64,000 bases of DNA from positions 192,510,001-192,574,000 of the forward strand of contig OZ024743.1 of NCBI GenBank assembly GCA_964016885.1, in the 5' to 3' direction. A program made the translations under genes and the position numbers. The notes under the pieces were generated by a model. It was not told the origin of the DNA and searched no databases. It saw only the letters and a list, made by a program, of their open reading frames with translations. This stretch comes from Eledone cirrhosa (lineage: Eukaryota). How positions within the stretch are numbered: the stretch's first letter is position 1; every line of letters begins with the position of its first letter. Of the stretch, positions 23,051-37,966 are shown one piece after another.

Positions 23051-26000
23051 GTCATTCAAAAATCTTTCTGTTCCTGTATTGTAAGATTATATTTAGTGTA
23101 CTCATTCACTCTTCCCTGATCTTGCTCTTTAACTGGCTGGAAATATGCACCAGTAATTATATAATAGGTTAGAAAGAAGAAAATATTAAAGTTACAAAGT
23201 GTGTATAACATGAAGTATGACAACATGCTGTGATGATGATATTGAGCACTGTGAGGAGTTATGACTGGAGAGTGAACAGTGCCAGGATGAACACATTCAA
23301 TTTATAAGAAACATTGAGAAGTTATATGCTTTTTTTTCAATTTTAATACAAATTAAAGGAAAATATTTTTTAAAATTGGTATTTCCAGGGGCAAGAAATA
23401 TTTTCCAGGAAATCTAAAATAGTTTTAAATGGACCAAGATTTTGGAATCTGGGAGAGGAACTAATAACTAAAAAAAGAACAAATAAAAACAAAGTTACAA
23501 GGTCCATGGAAAAGCGAGCATGACAAGCCTTTTCCTAGAAAATCGAAAATAGTTTAAAACATGCAGATATCTTGGGAGAGAAACTTTAACTTCTTAAGTG
23601 CCATAGACAAGATAACTTGTCCTAACATGTATGCATTCCAGTGACAGGGAGGAGAGATAACTCGTTCTGGCTTGTTTGAAATCCTTTCCAACAGTTCATA
23701 ACTTCAAAGTTAAATGGGTTACTAGTTTATTGATGTGACGTTTGTCAATCAAAATAGTCATTTTACTGAAAAAAAACCTGGCATAGCAATTGTAGCAGTG
23801 TAAAATATACAGGTTAACACCTATATAATGATATACTAAAAATCCTCAAATACACCTATTAGAAATGGATGGGATCTAAACACATTCTTAGTATTGATCA
23901 TATATTATCAGTTATACAGCCCTTCTGAAGAGGAGCTTCCTAGCTAGGAAGCATAGTGGAATCCATGGAAGGCACACAATCTCTTGAGAATTAGAATGAG
24001 GTGATCAAAAGTCACTTCCAAATGTGGAGAAGCAAATCAGACTAAGGAACACTTATCTGCTACTCAACTCATGCAGCTCAAATAGCTGTGTGGAGCAGTT
24101 ATATGACAGCCATTGTTGCTGTGAAAAAAAGGACAAGGCTATATATATATATATATATATTTTAAAACTGTTCCCAAAGCTTTCCCCCCCCCCCCCCCCC
24201 CACACGCACACTGCCCAGTATTCTTTAAAAAGTGGTTTAAATTTCTTTTAAACTATATAACATAGAAAAATATATTCATACATGAAGGAAAATAAAATAC
24301 AATTTTAATTTTAGCATAATAATTAATGCAATTCTGACATTTTCATTTCCTTTATTAATTTTTGGCACAATTCCAAACCTTTAGGCATATGTTAAGCCAC
24401 ACTGTTCTACAATGAAAGAATATTAAAGCTGCTTTCAAAATCATATCGAATTAGAAATATACAGCAGGGAGGAAAGAGTTAAATTGTTTACATAACTAAA
24501 AGGAGAAGAATTTATGTTTGGTGTCACAATTTATGTTTAGCTAGCCTCCTATGAGGCTGCATCTCATGGGTTTCTTGTGTGTTGCAAAGATAAAGACCCC
24601 AATTTATCATGAAAAGCAATGCAAAATGAAGCATCATTCTCAAGAACACAAATTGCCCAATTCACAAATCAAACCCATAACCTTAAGATCAGGAGTCCCT
24701 AACCACAAGGCCAGATGCCTGTAGGGCAAACGGGGGTATTAAACTCCATTACACTACAAATGCATTTCATTTATAATGTTTAATACATCCGTTTGTCCAA
24801 ATAATAATTTACAAGAGAGATGTTCAATTTTACCATTATTGACTGCCAACTTAATTTTACTTTCATTCGATGTCTGTATTTGTATTTGAGTAGTTTAACA
24901 AGATGAAATGAACATTTTACAAGAATATAATATAATAAAAGTAATTTTGTTTCGTTTTGATAAATTTTTTATTTAGAAACATTCAGTTAAAAACAGTCAT
25001 GACATATAAAATGATTTGAGTTGAAGAGAAATTTTTATATATAAAAGAAAAAAAAACCCAAAAATTTTTAGTTTTGAAAATACATGTTATTTTAAAAATT
25101 TCAGTAAATCTATCCCACCCCTTAGTCTATTCCGTCAAAATATAAAAAAATATGTATAAAACTCAATATTGTGAATAACAGCTTATGAAATAGGAAGCAT
25201 GAATATAAATAATTCCTACAATAGAGAGTTAAATGTTTTACTTATGTTTATTAAATAATTATTTTCCTGGTTGATAGAAAAATTAGGAAGTCCAAATATT
25301 TTGGGAAATGAGTACAGGCAAATAGATTGAGAACATTACTTGATTGTGTGTGTATTGGAACTGTCAGTTCCAACGATTAGTGTTTTAGTTGTTCAAATGA
25401 AACAGCCTACTTATGAAATTAATGTGCAAATGGCTGGGCATTCTACAAACACTTGCAACTTTAACATAGTTTTCAAGTTGACCTTTTGAATTACAAATGC
25501 AACTCATTTTTGCCAACAGTGTTTACTGGAGCAACAGCATGAAGTAAAGTGTTTTTCTCAATGACAAGGTGCTGCCAGGTATCGAACTCTCAACCATATG
25601 ATCACCCTAACCACTAAACCTTCACATTACTTGACTAGCACTTATCTCATTGATTACAGCAAATTGAAATTCCAAATCTAAAAGGATGCAACTAAATATT
25701 GCCCATTTTAAAAAATACTACCAACCATCTTTTCTTAAAAGAAATTACAAAAAAAAAAAAAAATTATATATATATATATTTATAAACATACTAGAAATTC
25801 TTAAATATTACAACTAAAATTCAAAAGTACATATCTTTCTCGTTTCGTTTTTATTTGTTTTGTCCACACCCCTACTAATATTTAAAATGTCCTTGTTCTT
25901 CTCCGAAGAAAGCAGTGTTTAACATTCCAAGAATGGAAGATCAAAATTCTGAACAGTTTAATGGCTCAAAGCAACTCAACAATTTATATATCGTCACATA

Positions 26001-26764
26001 ACTATTCAGGGTAGGTGGGTGGGGTTAGACATGATTCCATTCTTAGCAACAGTAAATTTACTCCTTATATTAAAACATTTAAAAAAGCACTGGCAACAAC
26101 TAGGGGGACAGGAAAAGTGGGATAAGTGAGTGCATGGGCTACATTCACATTCTGAATGGTAAGTATTTGTTGTTAGGTTCTAGTTTGGCAAAACTTTATA
26201 TCACTTGTATGTTTCCATAACTGCATATATTTACAAGACTAGAACCGTTTCATTCATTTGAAATCATAACTGTTTCCCTTCCATTCCTCTTCAGAAAACC
26301 AGTTTTAATTATATACATATATATATATAATATTAGAGAGTTTCTTGGTTTTAGAATAGGTACACTGTATCTCCTCTAGTCATAAGAGGTGACTAAAACG
26401 TTGCTGAAAGGAAGCACATCAGGCCATAAAACACTGCATCAAAAAGGGGGAACCATGTTGACTGTCATGCACCCCCTCCCTCACAAAGAATTAATCCTTG
26501 TGTTAGCAAAGAAAATGGCCTTGAAATGTCTAACAATATATACAGTGTGCGTGTGAAAGAGACAGTGAGAGAAAGTTTAAGAGGAATGCAAGCCCAATAG
26601 TTAAAAGTAAAGGAGCCGAAAGTCATTTCAAACAAACAGTTAAAATGCAAATCATTTTTTTTTCCCATTTTTGTTTTTTTGTTTTTTTAAAAGGTATAAA
26701 TAATAATAATAATAATTAGACATAGAAAAAAATTGAAATCTATTTCCTACATAGCAACTCTAGG

Positions 26765-26883
26765 TTAGAAATCTGTGCAACCAGAAGATTCTGGTGCTTT
26801 GGCTTTCTGGATAATCCTCATTGACCGAGATTGGCGGGGTAGAGATTTTGTTGATCTATCCTCATCTTCACTTTGGTTTGCAC
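26765..26883 (-). CDS. Host gene terminal coding exon (..ANQSEDEDRSTKSLPRQSRSMRIIQKAKAPESSGCTDF*)
   Basis: Acceptor TTTTATTTGCTGCAG|, phase 1, in frame with the upstream exon, TAA stop; QSRSMRIIQ motif. Confidence 0.8.
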
Positions 26884-27982
26884 CTGCAGCAAATAAAAAC
26901 AAGAAGTGAGTCAGAATATTATTAATCCTTTTGATACCAATAGGCTTAGGCATGGCTGTCTAGTTAAAAAGTTTGCTTCACAACTGTGCGGTTCTGGGTT
27001 CAGCTCTGCCATGTATCTTCTATAACCTGGGTTCAGCTAGGCAAGTATCTTTTATAACCTTTGGGAGTGGAATTTGGTGAACAAAACCTGCAGAAGCCTG
27101 TCATACATATATATTATATACTGCCAAGCATAATTCACTCTCTTCAATGCCACCCTCATGAGACATCTCTCTCAGTGTTAATACCACAAGAAAAAGTACC
27201 CAGTCCACTTCAAATGGTAGTAGTGTGGCCATACTGGTGCCAGGACAAATAAGCACACAATTCATCCTGTAAGGTGGTTGTGCTGATGCCATGAAAAAAG
27301 CTTCCAGTACACAATGTGGCTGGTGATAGTAAGAGCCTCTAGCTGTAGAAAACCAAGCCAAAATGAATGTATGAACTAGACGTGGTCACCTGACCTGTCT
27401 GGCCTTAATGTGACAACCTGTCTAACCCATGCAAGCATGGAAAATAGATGTTAAATTATATATATATATAACACACACACACACACACACAAATTAAGAA
27501 AATTAACAGAGAACAAGACAATGAACAAACAAACAAACAAACAAACAAACAAACAAACAAACAAACAAAAAAAAAAAAAAACATTTTAAGGAGAAACCTT
27601 AAAACATTTTTAAAAAATAAAAAGTACAAACGGAGGACACAGACTCCATGGTCATCAGCCGTTGAGATGGACTTTAGCAGTTTCAACCCCCTAATAACGG
27701 TACTGCTGGTCCACCCAGGGTCACAGCATCTGACATGAGCCAAATGCTGTCCAGTGGAGAAAGAGACAAAACATTAAATACACATACAAACGCAATGGGT
27801 TTCCACAGAAAACCATAAGGCAGTGGTCAAAAAACTAAAGTTTAAGACTACCATGGCCAGAAAACCACAGATCTTAAAGCCCTAAATCTCCATAAAAGAA
27901 AAACTTATATCACTTGAACATAATGATGTTTCATAAGACCAATACTAAGGTGTTTGCTAACTAAATAACTTGAAATACTTAC

Positions 27983-28147
27983 TGCTTGTTTGTTCAACAG
28001 GATCTGATCCTCCAACACTCATTTGTAGAACTTTGAAGACACGTGAAGGTATATTAGCACCAGAGTATCGTACCTCAATTGGGCCATCACTTTTTTCCTC
28101 TTCCTCCTCTGAAGGTGGCCGTTTGGGTTTCGATCTGGATTTCCTCA
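27983..28147 (-). CDS. Host gene internal exon (RKSRSKPKRPPSEEEEEKSDGPIEVRYSGANIPSRVFKVLQ..)
   Basis: AG/GTAAGT boundaries, 165 bp, phase 1-1. Confidence 0.88.
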
Positions 28148-28724
28148 CTAAACCAAGATGTCAGAAAGTTTTAATAAATGGAATTTTGATAAATAACAAA
28201 CAGTATGATAAGACTAAGGTCCCTATCCTTAAAATATCCAAGAAACCATTTTTGAGGAGCAATTTCAAAGGAGGCCAGATAAACCTACTAATGTATTAGC
28301 TATAACAACAAAAAGTAAACAATACTGAAGATTTTTAACTTTAGATAATTTACTTTGCTTTTACTGAAACAACAAAGAAACAAAAAAACAAAAAAACAAC
28401 AAAAAAAACATTGTGGAAGAATCCTTTTAGCCATCAACACACACACACTTGAATTCACATTACAATTATTTCTTCGGGTCAAAATTTTTGCTGTATTTGT
28501 GTCAGTGACAAAGTCACAAACTGTGTGAAGGAAATTTTGACACCAAAGAATAAATTGAGAAATGTTAAGTCATTTAACAGTTTTGTGGGGTTTTTTTCAT
28601 AGTTAAAATGAATCTTCCAGGCTTTAATTACAGTAGTTTCAACACAACACTTGGTCTCATGTAATGTCACTTGCCAGACAAGTACAACACGCAGAAAAAT
28701 CATTGATATATATATATATATATA

Positions 28725-29435
28725 TCCAAAATTAAGATAATCAAAATTATGGGTGTCATGCCAGAAAGACATGCGCCATATCACCCGCAAAATAAGCTCT
28801 AAGATTCTAACGAATAGGTCCAAGCATTTTATAATAACTAGAAATTGATTAACATATAAATAAACATGAATAATCACAGGAGATAATTTTTACAAGTGTG
28901 TAAGCACACATAGCTAGGTAGGTAACTAAATAAAGTTAACCAGAACTTCAAAAATAGATACCTTATATGATTAATCTGGCATGACACCCATAATTTTGGA
29001 TATAGATATATAAATACGGCTCCTTAATTGTAGAGCTAGCCCTGTTGAAAGGATTTGACTGCTTTTTCTAGTTGTCGATAACCCTTTTCACGCCACTGTG
29101 ACGAAGCTGGTATGATGTGTGTATTTCTAGTAGATACAGCACGTGTTGCTGGCCAGTCGCTGATATGAACTTGAAGTGTAAACATAGATCGCTAGACTTC
29201 TTCCTTGTTGAAAATCCAAGTACCAGCCTCTATGGTTTACCATTCGATTAATTGGTGAAATATATTTCTTTAATGGAATATACACAGAAGATTAATCATA
29301 TTATAAGTTATCTATTTTTGAAGTTCTGGTTAACTTTATTTAGTTACCTACCTAGCTATGTGTGCTTACACACTTGTAAAAATTATCTCCTGTGATTATT
29401 CATGTTTATTTATATGTTAATCAATTTCTAGTTAT
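28725..29435. mobile_element. (TA)n-flanked element with interlocking inverted repeats (Penelope-like topology)
   Basis: 28742-28764 is inverted at 28975-28998; 28834-28977 is inverted at 29289-29435. Confidence 0.6.
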
Positions 29436-29620
29436 GGTGGATTGGCAGTATCGGTAGAGGGTCGGACGCCATGCTTTCCAGCATAGTTACGTCCCTTTAT
29501 GATCTGAGTTCAAATCCCGCTGAGGTTGACTTTGCCTTTCATCCTTACGGGGTTGATAAAATAAAGTACCAGTAATGCACTGGATAATTGCTGGCCTTGT
29601 GCCTAAAGTAGAAACAATTA
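29436..29620 (+). mobile_element. Full-length young tRNA-derived SINE
   Basis: Complete head-core-tail, nearly identical to 9158-9338. More copies at 32678-33000, 58070-58170, 60214-60410, 61755-61968 and 62640-62890. Confidence 0.92.
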
Positions 29621-29717
29621 TATAATTATATATATATATAAATTTATATGAGAGTCCTGGGTTTAATCAGAGGTAACCACTGTAAGTAAGGTACTCATTA
29701 CATAAGTGAGTGTATGC

Positions 29718-29847
29718 AACAAAATTTAATATGGAAATGGCTTCTACAAGACTAGAACTATTTCATTTGAAGGAAATCATCCTGATGATTTCCTTTGAAT
29801 TAAACAGTACTAGTCCTGTAGAAGCCATTTCTATATTAAATTTTGTT
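29718..29847. repeat. ~130-bp imperfect palindrome with degenerate hammerhead-like core
   Basis: ~63-bp arms centred on ATCATC-CT-GATGAT; CTGATGA at 29782-29788; bounded by TA tracts. Confidence 0.75.
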
Positions 29848-29855
29848 TATATATA

Positions 29856-29913
<58 letters not shown>

Positions 29914-30131
29914 GGGAAGAAGCTGAAGAAAGAATGTGCAAATTAAAGAGCTTGCAGGTGCAGAGAAAAACAAAACCAATATCAAAAATGGATATAAATA
30001 ATAAGTGCATCAGTGATCACAACATATTCCCTAGTGCAGGATATTAGAATTTCACCAAAAACAAATAACACTGCTAGATGGCACAGCCATTTCTTATTCT
30101 AGTAATGCATTTTTACACAACACAAACATTT

Positions 30132-30249
30132 TAAGGCTATCTTCTCTGCTAAAGCTGGAGCTAGCTATGAAGATCCCATGACTGGTTTCTTTAAGGCTAT
30201 ATTCCCTGCTAAAGTTGGAGTTGGCTATACAGATCCCATGACTGGTTTC
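30132..30249. repeat. 59-bp tandem duplication
   Basis: TTAAGGCTAT..CTGCTAAAG.TGGAG..GATCCCATGACTGGTTTC occurs twice. Confidence 0.9.
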
Positions 30250-33200
30250 ATATATATCAATGAAGTCCTTTGAGGCAATATTTTACAGCTCGAAGTGCAC
30301 AAATCCATTCATCACCAACCAATAAAAATAGATTTAAGAATACTACCAAAAATAAAAAAAAAACCTTACAAGTTGAAACCCTCCAAAATAGTGAAGGTAC
30401 ATGATCTAGTGGTTAAAATGTTGGAAGGTTATGGGTTTGATTTCTGGATTTCATGTTGCTGGGGACCCCTATTATTAAAACACCCAAGAAACTTATGTGA
30501 TGCAATCTTGTAAGAGGACACCTAAACCTAAATACACATGATATTTCTTTCCTCAGTGGCAATTTTATTTATTTTTTCTGATGAACATCAACATTTTGAA
30601 TATTCTAAAGAGTTATTTTTATATTTGAAGGATTTAATCTGAAAACTTTACTAAAATTCATGACAATTTTCTAGTATGCATACATACACTTGAAGGTTTC
30701 TCAAACTGTCACCTCGCACCATATTTTCTACCACTAATACAATGGTTTCTGCTCTTTCACCTACATATCTTCATTGCACTGGTCTTGTTGGTCACCTTCA
30801 ATGTTTCTATTCTTATGGATACAGGCACAGTCAAGTAGTTAAGAAGTTTGCTTAGCAATCATGAGGTTCTGGGCTTGATTGCACTGTGTGACATCTTGGA
30901 CAAATATCTGTATCATAGCCTCAAGGCAACCAAAGTAAAATTGGATAGACAAACTATGAAAGTTCATTGGATGGATTATACCTATAATTCAAAGACAGCC
31001 TCATCACAGTGTCAAGTTGATGCAGCTTGGGAAATACATTAAGTGGTTGAGTATTCCACATATATGTGTATATATGTGGAATACTCAACCACTTAGATGT
31101 AAATTCAAGAGTCAGATATTCAGTTGATCAAACCACTGAATTCTTATGGTCAAAACTGATGGAGGGGTCTATCATCTCAACTAATCTTACACTAAACATT
31201 TTACTTAGCCTTCTGCATCCCCTGTAACTTCTTCGATCGATTGACATGATCCAACTTCATTCACTTACTGAGTGGGGCGGAACTCATCAAATCGGACCAT
31301 GAAAATGTTCCCATTGTTTTTTTCCATTGCTAGTACTATCTATTGGTCACAACTCTTGGCAGAAGAAGCAACGTGAAATAAAGTGTCTTGCACAAGGACT
31401 TAACACATCGCCCAGTCCGGGAATCAAACTTGAAACTCATGATTGTGAATCCAATTCTCTAATCACTAAGCCATGCACCTTCTTACCCTTCAATAAATAT
31501 CATCATTTATTTTCCATGCTTGCATAGATAAGACGATCTGTCCTGTACAGAAGCTAGACTGGTCAGGTGACATCTTGCTTATATGTTTTGTTTTATCACT
31601 AACCATTTTACAGCATATACTAGGAGCATTTTATCAGCACTACCATCTTACAGTGCAGACTGGGTGCTTTTTGTCATGACACCACCACTACCAACAAGTA
31701 TTTAAACTGAACAGTTATTGTTAATCTTAGACATATAAAAGGACCAATTTAAGAGCAAAAAGAGCAACAAGCACACTGAACAGTTACTATATAAAACTCC
31801 CTATATTTTCCCTTTCAAAAATTTCAAATAGAACAATAAATAAATCTTATACATTTATATCTACTTCTCAGTCAAAGTGACTAGGTCTATCATTGAGTAT
31901 TATTCCACCTCCTCAAAGTAATATTAATCCTTTTGTTACTATATTTCTAATGAAAATACACAGCCCATGTATTTCAATTACAAAAATAATGAAGAATTTG
32001 GATGAAGTTAGTAACTTAGCTTAAAATTTTAAGTTTCTGATATTACATAAAATTATGGAAGATTTTTAATTAAATATGAATACTTGAAAATAGGCATTTT
32101 TGTATCAAAACCAAAACCAGTTTCAGGCAGGTTGGTATCAAAAGAGCCAAGGAAATATATTCTCAAGAAATAGTTTGTTCTTTACATATCAAACCCTATA
32201 TATGTATTAAATTGAATACAAATAATATTCAATGGATTCAGACTGCGTAAAGAGAGTTAGAGACTAGAAGTTGTAAACCATCACCCGTTACATCAATAAC
32301 ATGCAACATCACACAACTATGTGCATGCCATTTTTAAGTGGCTGAGGAGTAGGCTCATGACAGGGTTTGCAACTGTGCTGAGTGGAGATCTTATCACCTG
32401 ACTCTGTACAGAGTAGGAAGAACTAACCAACCAACTAACTGTTCTAAGTATCTCAAGAATCTCTAATAATGTCCATGACTCATAGCTTAATATTCTGTTT
32501 TCTCTTTTCCAATAACATCACTAGTTTATTAATGAAACATCTTTTTGATGTTATCACTGAATTAATCAATGTCATCCATCAGTAAGGTAAGGACTGCAAG
32601 CATTCCAGAAATAAGTGCCTTAAAAGCTATTACTGTCACAACAGATTCTATTTTCTCAGCTTATATCATATTATTATTGAGTTCAAATCTCGCCGAGGTT
32701 GACTTTGCCTTTCATCCTTACGGGGTCGATAAAATAAAGTACCAGTAATGCACTGGGTAATTGCTGGCCTTGTGCCTAAAGTAGAAACAATTATTGAGGG
32801 TATCGGTAGAGTATCAGACAACATGCTTTGTGTCATAGAATTACAGACCTTTATGTTCTGAGTTCAAATCCCGCGGTTAGCTTTGCCTTTCATCCTTACA
32901 AGGTCGATAAAATAAGGCACCAGTAATGCACTGGGGTTGATTTAATCGACTTTCCCTTTCCCTTCAAATTGCTGACCTTGTGCCAAAAGAAGAACAATTA
33001 TTTTATTTCACTAGAGCTGAAATACCACAAGGACCATGCCAGTTTGACTGCCAATGTCAATTATGCTGATATTTGACTTAATTACTGAATTTCTGACTTC
33101 AATTTTTCTAAGTTCTAAAGTACATCCTGCTGTGAGTGGTGGTCATTGTAGATTTGAATAATGATGAACGACATTGTCAGAAACAGAAGCTGGACCACAG

Positions 33201-33831
33201 AAATTATGTTAGAAACAATTTATAGTTCTAATAAGGAAACGCAGTGACTGAAATAGAAACTTGGTTAAAAAAAGAATCCTATTTAATAAACTAAGAATTT
33301 AGATCACTGAATCCAAAATTGGGTGCTACCACCCTATGAGGGATGCTGGGAGATTCAAGAGGTGTACTGGAAGGCAAGAGACCAACAATAAAAATTAATA
33401 TTTGTTTGTTAAGCTGTCACCTACAGTTATACAAGAAAAGTATAAACAAAAAAAAAAAAGTATGATTTTTCATCAAGTTTAGTAGTCCGAAAAATCTAAT
33501 TTAGATAAAGCTATATGAGAAAACTACAATATAAGTCACACACACACACACACACACTTCCTTTTAGTGAAGCACATTTTCCTCTTGATAGAACTGGCAT
33601 CCTATTACCAACAAAAGATTTGATATACCTAATCCTGGCAGATAGATGAAGCGAGATGTATAAAATTAAGAACACTGTTTTCCAGAAAAATAAAGCACAC
33701 CTATACATATGCACATACACACAGAGAAAGAGGGAAGATCGAACATCTGAGAGAAATATCTGGATTCTCAGTGAAATGCATCAATGGTGTGGTTAGAGCA
33801 TTGCACATTGTGCAATAGTTGCATCACTTAC

Positions 33832-33975
33832 TTTCTTGTCTAGGGAGTACATCTTTGTCTGCCCAAGCTTTCAACACCTGGAATGTGGGGGACGGAATGC
33901 ATTTGCCTGTATAGCGGATTGAAGTATTCATAACAGAGTTGCCTAGTGTTTCATCTTCAGTATCCAGGCCAGAAT
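33832..33975 (-). CDS. Host gene internal exon (SGLDTEDETLGNSVMNTSIRYTGKCIPSPTFQVLKAWADKDVLPRQE)
   Basis: TTTAG|...|GTAAGT, 144 bp, phase 1-1, same motif as neighbouring exons. Not in the ORF track. Confidence 0.85.
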
Positions 33976-35975
33976 CTAAATGGTATTTTTGATCAATTAA
34001 TTTTTTTTTATCTGGATTTCTTTAGTATAAAACTGAGTTATTGGTTGGTTAGAGTCAGCTTGCTTATTGTCTCCAAAGATACAGAACTAGTTCAAATTAA
34101 CATAATCAGATTTTAGTATATTACTGTGTACTAGATAAGTAATAGAGTAAAAAGTTTTTTTTTTAAATTATAGAAATTCTTGAAAGGATGATTTATAAAA
34201 AAAATTCTTGTTTTAAATGAATTTTTCAAGAGTTTTAAGCATGCAATTCATTGTTATAGTAAGGTTTTATGGATTTTAGAAAATAAATACTGGTTAATAA
34301 AGAAGTTTTAAGCTAGGAAAAAAAAAAAAAAGCATAAGTATTTCCATAACGAAGATTAAAATATACTTGGGTCAGCTGAAAAGTTCATAGACAGACTATG
34401 AAGGATTGATGCTAGAGCTGTGAAATCTTGTATGCATCATTTCAACTCTTTCAAGGGACTATGTTGAAAAATTAACCTCATTTGGTCATTCCATGAGAGT
34501 ATCCTGGTCAGCCTATGAACTTTTTAGCTGACACTCATAGGTTATATACAAACATGAAAGGAAAAGAGCTGATCATCAGATCGGACAACCAAGAACACTG
34601 TTTCCTTTGGTCTTTCTATTGTGGATAGTTATCTGCCAGTTACAACTCCTGTCACAAATGACTGCTTTTCTGATGACAGGATTTGAACTCAGAACATACA
34701 GAGCCACTAAAAAAAATTCTACCAGGTAGTACTTACTGAATCCAAGAGGTGGTGATCAAACGTAACAGAGTTTCTATGTATGAAATAAATGTTAAGACAG
34801 ATGGTACATAACATTTATTGGAATTTCAGTGAACATGTTCATTGAACTTTTGTAAACACAAAATATCAACCCACTCACATAATTGTGATAACATCTGATG
34901 ATGTCACACCAGTGCTGGGTTGCTATTGTAATGATTGCATAACTCCACAATGATGCCACTGAAATATGAGTAATCCAATAAATATGATTATGTAACATCT
35001 GTATTAACATCTATTTCCCACAAACACATATGTTATTACATGTAAACTCAGTAGACAAACTATACACATATGTGTTGTATTTTTTTTTTTTTTGCTTTAA
35101 CCCGTCTTATTATTCAAAAAACTTTTTCCCAATAAACATTAACCCTTTGTGTTGTATGTATTATATTTTGCATGTTAATGAGATAGTCAAGTTATATATA
35201 TACATGTCTTTATATGTGAATTATTGCATGTAAACATGACAGGCAAACTGACAACTTCCTTTTATATTAAAAAAAATGTTTTTCTATCTCTTCATCTGCC
35301 AATTTATAATTCCTTCCCCCTGAAACAGTCTCACATTCCAGCGACTGCTAAAGAGGTTGTTGAGCCTTTGACACAACTGAGGGTTCTCCCAACCCTTTGT
35401 TTGGCAAGATTTCTACGGCTGGATGCCCTTCCTATCAGCAACCACTTAACAGGTTATACTGGGTGTGTTTATCATATAAATCACCAACACTGGGGAGGTT
35501 GTGATGTCCTTCACATGACTGAAGGGGTCCTCCCAATCCTTTGTATGGCAAGCTTTCAACAGTTTAATGCCCTTCCTCTCACCAAACACTTTGTAGTATG
35601 TACTGTGTGTTTATCATACATGATAAACACACCCAGTACATACTATACATTAGGGAGGCTGTCATGTCCATAACAGGAGGGTTCTCTTGACGTTTTGTTC
35701 GTTTGCAAGCTCTACATGGCTGAAAGCCCTTCCTATTACCAACCACTTCATGATGGGCGGAAGGACGGGGGGGGGGGGACTGCCAGGAATGCGTGTATGG
35801 TGGGGGTGTAGTAGTGAAGTTGTGAATAACTGTTAGGGAGTGGTTGTGAATAACTGTTAGGGAGTGGTAGGGTAGGTCAAGTCATATTGTATGCTGCAGG
35901 TCAAGTCGTCTTCAACACTGCATAGCACCATCCCTGGAAGTCTTTAGTAATTTATGTTGAATACTATGACCTTAA

Positions 35976-36235
35976 TCCTTTCATTACCATATTTCTAATG
36001 AAATATACTGCCTTTCTGCTTAATTAATTTTCAAAATAATTAAGCAATTTGGTGTGATTTATTTAGTACAACTAACTTTTTTTAGTCATTAAGCTGGTAT
36101 TTAGAATATAACTTGATGAAAAGGTTCCTAGATTAAATTATGATGGAAACTTAATTCAAATACGAATACTCTAAATTGAAAGGGTTTTGTATCCTAGAAC
36201 CAAGGTTGATATCAGGTGGATTGGTATTAAAAGGG
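35976..36235. mobile_element. Older piggyBac-type MITE family
   Basis: TTAA TCCTTTCATTACC...GGTATTAAAAGGG TTAA. Related copies at ~21385-21660, 31928-32145, 49224-49490, 52258-52510 and 56075-56315. Confidence 0.7.
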
Positions 36236-37919
36236 TTAACTATAAACCAATGCTTTATATGATGAGGTAGATATTCTTTGTATCTCTAAATGTTAGTCAA
36301 AATACAGTTCTGTCTGAGCAAGGCACAGCATGGCCAACTGGCCAGACTTGTCTTATGACGTGGACAACCCGTCTAACCCTTGCAAGCATGGAAAATGGAC
36401 GTTAGATGATGATGATGTTTAAATTTATTTATATATGTCACTATTTAAGATATTGTAACATTATTGGTTAGTCACATAATCCAGGAGGAGAAAGTGAATG
36501 AAAGATATGTTTTTAGTTATACTAACTGGCCCCAAGGAGATCGCCCAATTGTTGAAAATTCATACACAATAATTACTCTGACATCATTGTATCATTTAAA
36601 TCATTATTCCAATAATTATCATTATCATAATTTATGCCATTTATTTAACAGTTCCGTATTTAAGTGATAGTTTTCTTCTTTGATTGGTATTAACAATGTT
36701 AAAAACATCAGTTAATTTTCTAGCCCTAAAGAATATCATAACTACCCATGGCTAAATACTGGTTGTAGGATGTAAATCCTTATTTTATTAAATAATTCAC
36801 CTCATGCTTTATTAATTGTCATTAAATAAGTTAATCTAAGTGGAAACACATGCATATATTTATGTGTGAATGTGTATTGGATTGTGTTTGTTTATAAGTA
36901 GCATTCCTTATAACTTTCTGTATTTTTGCCTCTTCCTCCAACTGCTTTCTACCTCACAGTTACTGCATTTCCTTCCCATCAACACTTCTTTCACTCACTT
37001 CTTCCACCATAACTCCTGTCTTGATCCTTACCCCTATCAGCTTCACATATGTACAAGCATATCCATATTATAAATAGTCACATGTATGACTGATTAAGGG
37101 GTTCACTTCACACCCATGTGGTTCTGATGGTCTGTATGCCCCTGCCTTATTTTATCAATTTCTTGTTTGTCGAACTGCTATGTTAAGTACCAGACTTGAA
37201 ACAAAAGGTACTAAGGTTAATATAATTGATTAAATCAAGGCTGTGCTCCAACATGGCCACAATCCAATGACTGAAACATATATATATAAAACTTAAAAAA
37301 ATGTTTTAAAGGGTATGCGCAGTAATCTACAGTTAGTGTGGGGGAGAACAACTGGCATGTATGTATGTTTGTGATATAAAATATTCCCCCACCTGTATCT
37401 AGTTTCTGAGATCAATTAGTAATAAAAGGCCGAGTCAGTCATTAAAATCAATCAATAATAGAGAATAGTTGTAATTTTTTATGAAGTCAAACTCATAAGT
37501 AGATCTATGATAAAAGGTTGCTTGTTCCAGTAACACCATCTTGTCTTTTTGTATATCTACACACATTTGTTGAGCACATTTTTTTAAAAGAAGATATAGG
37601 ATGTGATATAAGGAAATTTGGCTGCTATTTCTAGCAGCTTGAGCAACTATATAGAGCAGAAGTCGTGACCCTGTGGTTCTGGAGCCACATGTCACACTTT
37701 AGCCTATCCCAACAGGATCTTAGGCGCTCTGAAATTTTTATTTTATTTATTTTTATCTATTTACACATTATGACCTGGATATTGAAGCAATTTCAGATAA
37801 GGCATGAAGACAGAAATAACATTGAGTAAGTTTGTGGTATATATTTTTGTTTATAATGAATTAGGTGGCTCAATTGATCAATATCTTGTGAGCAAACATT
37901 TAGCAGGAAACTTCTGAAG

Positions 37920-37966
<47 letters not shown>

